Assembly: GCF_049969415.1 (NCBI RefSeq)
Contig: NZ_JBMFOX010000031.1
Coordinates: 1-11,488 of the forward strand
Direction: 5' to 3'
Source: Candidatus Hadarchaeum sp.
Lineage (GTDB): Archaea; Hadarchaeota; Hadarchaeia; Hadarchaeales; Hadarchaeaceae
Length of the DNA: 11,488 bases
Of this stretch, positions 6,069-11,488 are shown piece by piece. The notes under the pieces were generated by a model, which had not been told where the DNA came from, made no database searches, and worked only from the letters and a program-made list of their open reading frames with translations. Every line of letters starts with the position of its first letter. Position 1 is the stretch's first letter. The position numbers and the translations under genes were made by a program.

Positions 6069-6919
6069 TGCTTCCCCTCCTCAAATTGCCGGTACAACTC
6101 CGCATAGGCGCGCTTAATCTCATTCCTCCCGAACAACGCCTCTGCCCCCGCGACAATATCCTTCAATGCCTTTAAATCCCCCTTAGTAAAGTTGGCGTCC
6201 AATGAATGAAAGGCCTCTAACGCTGAACACCTCGCCGGCCCGGCATATTTGTTCTGCTGCTGAATTTCCAGATAAAGTTCCGGTCTCCCCGCCGCGGCCG
6301 CCTTCGCCAAGTCCACGAGTGCAGAAAAAATCGGCGTCCGCATCCGCCCTGAAATCTTTCCTCCCAGTGACCGCAGGGTCTGAACATAGCCTAACAACAC
6401 AAAGTGGGAAAGGCATTGAACCACAGCCATGGTCCTGTCGTGGGATTCGGCATCCATCTCAATAACGCGCGCGCCGCTCCTCTCCAGAAATCTCCTCAAC
6501 CTCTGATATTTTTCACCCGGCCTGACCGGAATGACCACCACGTCCTTGTTTTTCAGGCGGGAGGCCCCGGGCCCGAACAGGGGATGCATAGACACCAGCT
6601 CAACTTCCTGTTTTATTTTCTCCATCGTTTTTACCACCTCAAGTTTGACCGAGGCCACATCAACCAAAAGCGCCCCTTTCTGGGCCTGCTCCGCCGCCCC
6701 CAGCAAAACCTTTGGGGTCTTTGAAATCGGGACCGCGATGAACACGATATCCGCACTCGCCACGGCTTTTTTTCCGGGAGCTGCTTCAACCCTCAATTCC
6801 GCCGCTAACCTCCTGGCCTTCGAGCGGTTGACATCGGATACCACGACCTCGCCCAGACGCTTACAGAACTTTGCCAGCCGCCTCCCCATCTCGCCGACGC
6901 CGATGACCGCTATCCTCAT
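6065..6919 (-). CDS. tyrA: Prephenate/arogenate dehydrogenase
   Basis: Rossmann GxGxxG (GVGEMG), DVASVK, HPLFGP and HDRTMAVVQCLSH; ATGA overlaps with both neighbours. Confidence 0.93.
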   Translation of the reverse strand: MRIAVIGVGEMGRRLAKFCKRLGEVVVSDVNRSKARRLAAELRVEAAPGKKAVASADIVFIAVPISKTPKVLLGAAEQAQKGALLVDVASVKLEVVKTMEKIKQEVELVSMHPLFGPGASRLKNKDVVVIPVRPGEKYQRLRRFLERSGARVIEMDAESHDRTMAVVQCLSHFVLLGYVQTLRSLGGKISGRMRTPIFSALVDLAKAAAAGRPELYLEIQQQNKYAGPARCSALEAFHSLDANFTKGDLKALKDIVAGAEALFGRNEIKRAYAELYRQFEEGKQ

Positions 6920-7770
6920 CCGATCACGTCCCCAATTTCACGTCTGGCGGCAGCTTCCATAACCTTGATGGGTGCCCTCCTCCCCGTCCAGATCTCAAGC
7001 GCCAAAGCACCTTGCCGCACCAGCATGCCCAACCCGTCGATGGTCATGGCCCCGGCCTTCCCCGCCTCGCGCAGGAGACGCGTCCGCAACGGCTTGTAAA
7101 CGATATCATAAACGATTAGATTCCTATGCATCATGTCAGCCGTCACCAAGGTTTCATTTACCTTCGGTCGCATGCCCACCGACGTTGCATTTATCAGAAC
7201 CTCTGCGTCGGCAATGGCCTTCTTAAGCTTGTTGGGGTCCATTGAGATGATTTTCAACTTTTTCCCCAGTTTCTTCTCGATTAGCGCTGCCAGCTCCTCG
7301 GCGCGCGCCAGCGTCCGGTTGGCAATGGTCAACTCGGCCCCGGCGCAGAGCAGGGAGAAGGCAATGGCCCGCGCGGCACCTCCGGCGCCGAGAAGCAGCA
7401 CCTTTCTGCCCCTCACCCGTCCGATCCTTTCCTCAAGATTTCTCAGCGCGCCCTCACCATCCGTGTTAAAGCCCAACAACTTTCCTCGGCTGTTTTTTAT
7501 CGTGTTGACCGCCCCCGCTAGTGATGCCGACTCATCGAGCCCATCCAAGAACTTCATCACGGCAATTTTGTGAGGTATGGTTACATTGAGCCCCGCAATG
7601 CCAATCTTCCTAGCCCCGGTGATGGCAGATTCAAGCAATTTTTGAGGAACCCGGACCGCCACATAAATATAATTTAGCTTCAATGCCCTGAAGGCAGCGT
7701 TCATCATCGCTGGGGAAAGGGAACCCTCAACGGGATCTCCGATCAGCATGAAGACCTTCAACTCACCCAT
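6916..7770 (-). CDS. aroE: Shikimate dehydrogenase
   Basis: SLSPAM, GLNVTIPHK, GAVNT, NTDGEG, GAGGAARA, NATSVGM, YDIVYKP and DGLGMLVRQG. Confidence 0.97.
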   Translation of the reverse strand: MGELKVFMLIGDPVEGSLSPAMMNAAFRALKLNYIYVAVRVPQKLLESAITGARKIGIAGLNVTIPHKIAVMKFLDGLDESASLAGAVNTIKNSRGKLLGFNTDGEGALRNLEERIGRVRGRKVLLLGAGGAARAIAFSLLCAGAELTIANRTLARAEELAALIEKKLGKKLKIISMDPNKLKKAIADAEVLINATSVGMRPKVNETLVTADMMHRNLIVYDIVYKPLRTRLLREAGKAGAMTIDGLGMLVRQGALALEIWTGRRAPIKVMEAAARREIGDVIG

Positions 7771-8511
7771 CTACACGCCTCCCCGCGGCAGCAGTCTTTG
7801 CAGCAGCAGCTTGGTCCCAGCAACATCGAGCTGCCCCGGAGCCGTCGGCCGTCCGACACTGGCGTAGGTAAATGGCGATCCCAGCAGTGGACTAGCAATT
7901 CTGGTTATCTTGCCCGCCTCACCCATGGCAAAGGCGATGACTGGAATGGAAATTTTATCCTGGATATCGACCAAGAAATCCAAAATCCTAATCGCATCCG
8001 CAGGCTCACGGGCCAGCGTCACCACTTTGATCAAATCACCCCCGGAACTAACCATTTTTTCAGCCATCGTCTTGAGCACCTTAGTCGCTGGTGTTCTCGA
8101 AAAATCGTGCCAGGACATTAGCACTGAAACCCCCTCGCGCTTGGCGGCATTCACGACCTCATCACGCAGATCTCTGGGGGTGGAAAATTCAATGTCGATG
8201 CAGGGGACCTTATTTTCGATAGCCTCGAGGATTATCCTCACGCGTTCCTTCTCGCTGCCGGCAAAGGCGCCTCCCTCTCTTTTTGGCCGATTGGTGAAAA
8301 TTAACGGCAAATTGATTTTAAGTATCTTTTGCCATTCCCATCTGTCCCGAAGGCTGTCAATCCTAAGCTCCACAAGCTCGGCCCCCTTTTTCAGTGCCAG
8401 TGAAACGGCTCGGCTCATCTCACGAACATCTCTACCCTGTATCACGCCGCAGACCGCAGGAGTCTTGAGAGCGAGCCCACCGAGCTTAAGCTCATTCAAA
8501 GACAACACCAA
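7771..8511 (-). CDS. aroD: Type I 3-dehydroquinate dehydratase
   Basis: ELRID, TNRPKREGG, SWHDF (catalytic His), DLIKVV (Schiff-base Lys), FAMGEAG..TR and APGQ. Exact start uncertain (TTG/GTG codons at 8511-8499). Confidence 0.95.
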   Translation of the reverse strand: MVLSLNELKLGGLALKTPAVCGVIQGRDVREMSRAVSLALKKGAELVELRIDSLRDRWEWQKILKINLPLIFTNRPKREGGAFAGSEKERVRIILEAIENKVPCIDIEFSTPRDLRDEVVNAAKREGVSVLMSWHDFSRTPATKVLKTMAEKMVSSGGDLIKVVTLAREPADAIRILDFLVDIQDKISIPVIAFAMGEAGKITRIASPLLGSPFTYASVGRPTAPGQLDVAGTKLLLQRLLPRGGV

Positions 8512-8513
8512 GG

Positions 8514-9635
8514 CTATTTCTCAACCACGGTCTCCTCGACCTTGACGCCGAAGTGCCTCCCTGTCTTCTCCACATGGATGAGGACCTCGTCTCCGGGCCT
8601 CAGCTTGGTCACGGAGATGGGGTTGCCATCCTTGCCGACGAGGTTGATCGTCTCCGCGTTCTGGAGGAGCGTCTTGTAAATCTCACCACCGTGCTCGACC
8701 TCAACCAAGAGCAGCGGTCGTCTCTCGATCTTAACCCTGCCCACCGTGGCGACCCTAGTCTCGCCCTTGCAGTTAACCAGAAGGACCTCGTCCCCGGCAC
8801 TGAGCTCCGACATGTACTTGGTCTTACCTCCCGGTACCCTGACGTAAGAATGTACAGCTCCGGCGTTAACCCGGAAGGGCCTCGGGGCCACAAACTCGCT
8901 GGCCAAGGTCTCAGAATGCACCAAAAACATGCCGCTGCTCTGGCTACCCACCAACATGCCTTCCCCCAAAGACATAAGCGAGGTGGTGTCGATGCAAGCT
9001 CGATCGCCCATTCCCACCGGACGCGCCGACTTCACTTTTGCCGGGACCAACTCCAGCTTTTCCCTCTCCAGCGACTCGAAAAGCTCACCGACCTTTTTCA
9101 CCTCCTCGGGTCCCCTCTCCCGCGCATCAAGGAGGACACCGGCCGTGCCCACCTCCAGCGTCTCCACTGCCACCTTGGCCTCGGCGGCATCTTTCACCCC
9201 GGCGAGAACCTTGACATCAGAGCGCTGCAGCTCGGCAATCAGGTTTTCCAGAGGGATGATTTTCCAGTCCGGAGTAACAACAATCAGGTAATCCACGGAC
9301 TTCCCGACCTCCGCGGCAGCTCTTTCCATTTCCTTGCTCGAGACCTCGACCTGAACCGCAACCTTCAGCTGGTCACGCAGGTTTTTCGCGCGCTTCAGCA
9401 ACTCCTCAACCCTCTCGCCCCTCTCCAACTTAAGGACAGCAATGCTGATTCCAGGTGCAGGTTTCTCGGCGGCCATCAGGATGGTGCCCAGCTTAAGCAC
9501 CTCCGAGGCCTCTTCCGCTTTAATCAGGACCGCATCGGCCCCGTTATCTATGGCCGCCCGCACGAAGGGCTTCTTGGTCTCCCACGCCTCATCCCAGTCC
9601 GCCCTGACCCAGAGAAGTCTGCGCAAGAAGTTCAC
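8514..9635 (-). CDS. aroB': 3-dehydroquinate synthase II (archaeal type)
   Basis: [64 protein letters not shown] and GRHFG..VEE. Confidence 0.96.
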   Translation of the reverse strand: MNFLRRLLWVRADWDEAWETKKPFVRAAIDNGADAVLIKAEEASEVLKLGTILMAAEKPAPGISIAVLKLERGERVEELLKRAKNLRDQLKVAVQVEVSSKEMERAAAEVGKSVDYLIVVTPDWKIIPLENLIAELQRSDVKVLAGVKDAAEAKVAVETLEVGTAGVLLDARERGPEEVKKVGELFESLEREKLELVPAKVKSARPVGMGDRACIDTTSLMSLGEGMLVGSQSSGMFLVHSETLASEFVAPRPFRVNAGAVHSYVRVPGGKTKYMSELSAGDEVLLVNCKGETRVATVGRVKIERRPLLLVEVEHGGEIYKTLLQNAETINLVGKDGNPISVTKLRPGDEVLIHVEKTGRHFGVKVEETVVEK

Positions 9636-10432
9636 CGCTTAAGCTCACGCATCGCTTGCTCAACCGTGGCCCCTTCATGAACGATGCGTGCTAATGCCCG
9701 GGTCATCGCGGTCGGGTTCTTGTGCTGGAAGATGTTACGACCAATAGAAACTCCGATGGCACCGGCGCTCATCGCCTCCGCCGCCAGCTTTAAGACGTCC
9801 AAATCCGTCGACATCTTCGGGCCACCGGCAATCACGACGGGTACCGGACATCCCTTGACCACCTTGCTGAAGGACTTGACATCGCCGGTGTAAACAGTCT
9901 TCACGATATCGGCACCGAGCTCGGCACCCACCCGGGCCGCATGGGCAACCAATACCGGGTCATGCTGATCCTTGACCTTGGGGCCGCGCGGGTACATCAT
10001 CGCGAATAGAGGCATACCCCAAGCCTCGCAGGACTCCGCCACCTCGCCCAAGTGCTGCAGCTGCTCCGGCTCGTTAGGCGCGCCCACGTTGATATGGACC
10101 GAGACCCCATCGGCGCCCAGTGCAATCGCCTCCTCCACGGTGGCGACCGGCACCTTGCAGTTGGGATCCGGACCGATCGAGGTACTGCCGGAAAGATGGA
10201 TGATCAAGCCCAGGTCCCTTCCGTAACCTCGATGACCGGCACGAACGATCCCCTTGTGCAGCACCACGGCGTTGGCGCCACCATCAGCCACCTTGTTCAC
10301 GATTGCTGCCATGTTCTCCAACCCAGAGATGGGGCCCATGGACAGCCCGTGATCCATCGGGACAATCACCGTCCGCTTGGTCTTGCGGTCAATTATCCGC
10401 TCCAGCCTGATGCGCTTACCGGCTTCGGACAA
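9632..10432 (-). CDS. aroA': 2-amino-3,7-dideoxy-D-threo-hept-6-ulosonate (ADH) synthase, class I aldolase family
   Basis: [26 protein letters not shown] (Schiff-base Lys), AGGPK and GRNIFQH. GTGA overlap with DHQ synthase II supports ADH synthase rather than FBP aldolase. TTG start after GGAGGTG. Confidence 0.93.
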   Translation of the reverse strand: MSEAGKRIRLERIIDRKTKRTVIVPMDHGLSMGPISGLENMAAIVNKVADGGANAVVLHKGIVRAGHRGYGRDLGLIIHLSGSTSIGPDPNCKVPVATVEEAIALGADGVSVHINVGAPNEPEQLQHLGEVAESCEAWGMPLFAMMYPRGPKVKDQHDPVLVAHAARVGAELGADIVKTVYTGDVKSFSKVVKGCPVPVVIAGGPKMSTDLDVLKLAAEAMSAGAIGVSIGRNIFQHKNPTAMTRALARIVHEGATVEQAMRELKR

Positions 10433-10467
10433 TTCTTACACCTCCTTTTGAGATATGCCGCGCTTGG

Positions 10468-10475
10468 ATTAAAAA
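10468..10475 (-). promoter_or_regulatory. Probable TATA box of the aro operon
   Basis: TTTTTAAT on the minus strand, about 35 nt upstream of the aroA' start and upstream of its RBS. Confidence 0.5.
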
Positions 10476-10501
10476 CGTGTAGGGGAGCGTTCCGCGGAGC
10501 A

Positions 10502-11362
10502 CTAAAATGAAAGAAGAACCAAGCCTAGTAAAAATGAAACAATACCGATCTTTTGGTTGGCCTCGACGGTCTCCTTGAAAAATATCTTGGCCAGAGCGAT
10601 GGTAACAATCGGTGAAAAGGCGGTGATCGGCGCCACGATGGCGGTGTATTCCGAGTTCACCCCTAAACCATAACCCAAGAAGGCTAGAAATTCTAACAGG
10701 CCTATTGTGACCACAAACGGTGCCGCGCTTTTCGGAAAGGAGATTTTCTGCCTCACTGCCCGGGAGTAAAACAGAAGGAGGGGAAGTGAAAATGATTTGA
10801 TGAAGAAAATCGGCAGAAACCAGCCTAGTTCGGAAACTAGATAATCCACAATGGCATACTGAACGCCAAAGGCAAATAGCGCGAAGAGCGCATAATCGAC
10901 CCCCGCGGCTAGGCTCTTCAACCGCAAGCCCCGCAGGTCACGCCATTTGAAGGATACCAATACCACGGCGCAAATCACAAGGGCCACTCCGGCCAGTTGG
11001 GTCCCGGTCAAGCCTTCGTTTAAAAAGATCAGGCATAGAATCACGGTGAGAACCACCTAAGACGCCGAAACCGGCGTCACCACGGACACCTTCCCCGCCT
11101 GTAGGCTCTTGTAGAGGGCCAAGTATGCGGTGATGTGAAGAAAACTGCAGACCAAAATTGCCACCAGCGTGAACACTGAAATTGGTGGCAATTCAAAGAA
11201 AAACACGGAAAATAGAAAATAAAACAATAAACTGATTAATTCCCCCCACATAAACGCCCTGAACACGCTGATGCTCCTGACGACTTTTACCACCAAAAAA
11301 TCTGCAAACCCCCAACCAAACATGGCAAGGAGCCCAAAAATGATGCCAATCGGTAAACTCAT
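10502..11362 (-). pseudogene. EamA/DMT-family transporter interrupted by one in-frame TAG (11057-11059)
   Basis: The 101-aa and 184-aa ORFs are in the same frame and separated only by TAG. Joined, they give 286 codons with about 10 hydrophobic segments and two EamA repeats (GKVSVVTPVSAS*VVLTVIL..IFLNE; AIVAPITAFSPIVTIALAKIFFKE). Confidence 0.8.
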
Positions 11363-11385
11363 AACACAATTTTTGTAAGGTAACT

Positions 11386-11400
11386 ACTTAAGCTATTCCG
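11386..11400 (-). promoter_or_regulatory. BRE/TATA promoter of the EamA gene (near-leaderless)
   Basis: The minus strand reads CGGAATAGCTTAAGT, about 23 nt upstream of ATG 11362; no RBS is visible. Confidence 0.5.
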
Positions 11401-11488
11401 AAAAAAATCTCGCCACCATGTGCATTGTTGCACAAAAAACGCGAAATCTCCTGCGCAAGCTCCGGTTTGGCTCATCGAGCCAATTCTT

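Noticed and set aside
7910-8545. 211-aa plus-strand ORF and the other short ORFs overlapping called genes
   Set aside because: They are antisense or alternate-frame overlaps of confidently identified genes with no independent support.
8553-9680. 375-aa plus-strand ORF
   Set aside because: It is an antisense shadow of aroB' with no recognisable motifs; such shadows are common in GC-rich coding DNA.
405-11362. Genome-wide TAG recoding
   Set aside because: Seven genes end in TAG at their expected C-termini.

Overview
Archaeal genomic window. The archaeal call rests on TATA/BRE promoters, BHB tRNA introns, the PPS ligase, the AroA'/AroB' route and EF-1alpha. The lineage looks euryarchaeal or Hadarchaea-like, which is only an impression. 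Left to right: a minus-strand tRNA-Asn(GUU) gene split by two introns (22/23 and 37/38), the second carrying a box C/D-like K-turn and a putative guide; phosphopantothenate synthetase; a divergent plus-strand pair made of an unknown 2-TM/helical/Pro-rich protein and a divergent EF-1alpha outside the usual fus-tuf-rpsJ context, probably CTG-initiated; then minus-strand genes for an MTH1187-family protein, rubrerythrin, NadE and a coupled aromatic amino-acid operon (aroA'-aroB'-aroD-aroE-tyrA-pheA); and an EamA/DMT transporter interrupted by one in-frame TAG. The best novelty candidates are the C/D-box-like tRNA-Asn intron and the membrane protein plus EF-1alpha paralog pair.
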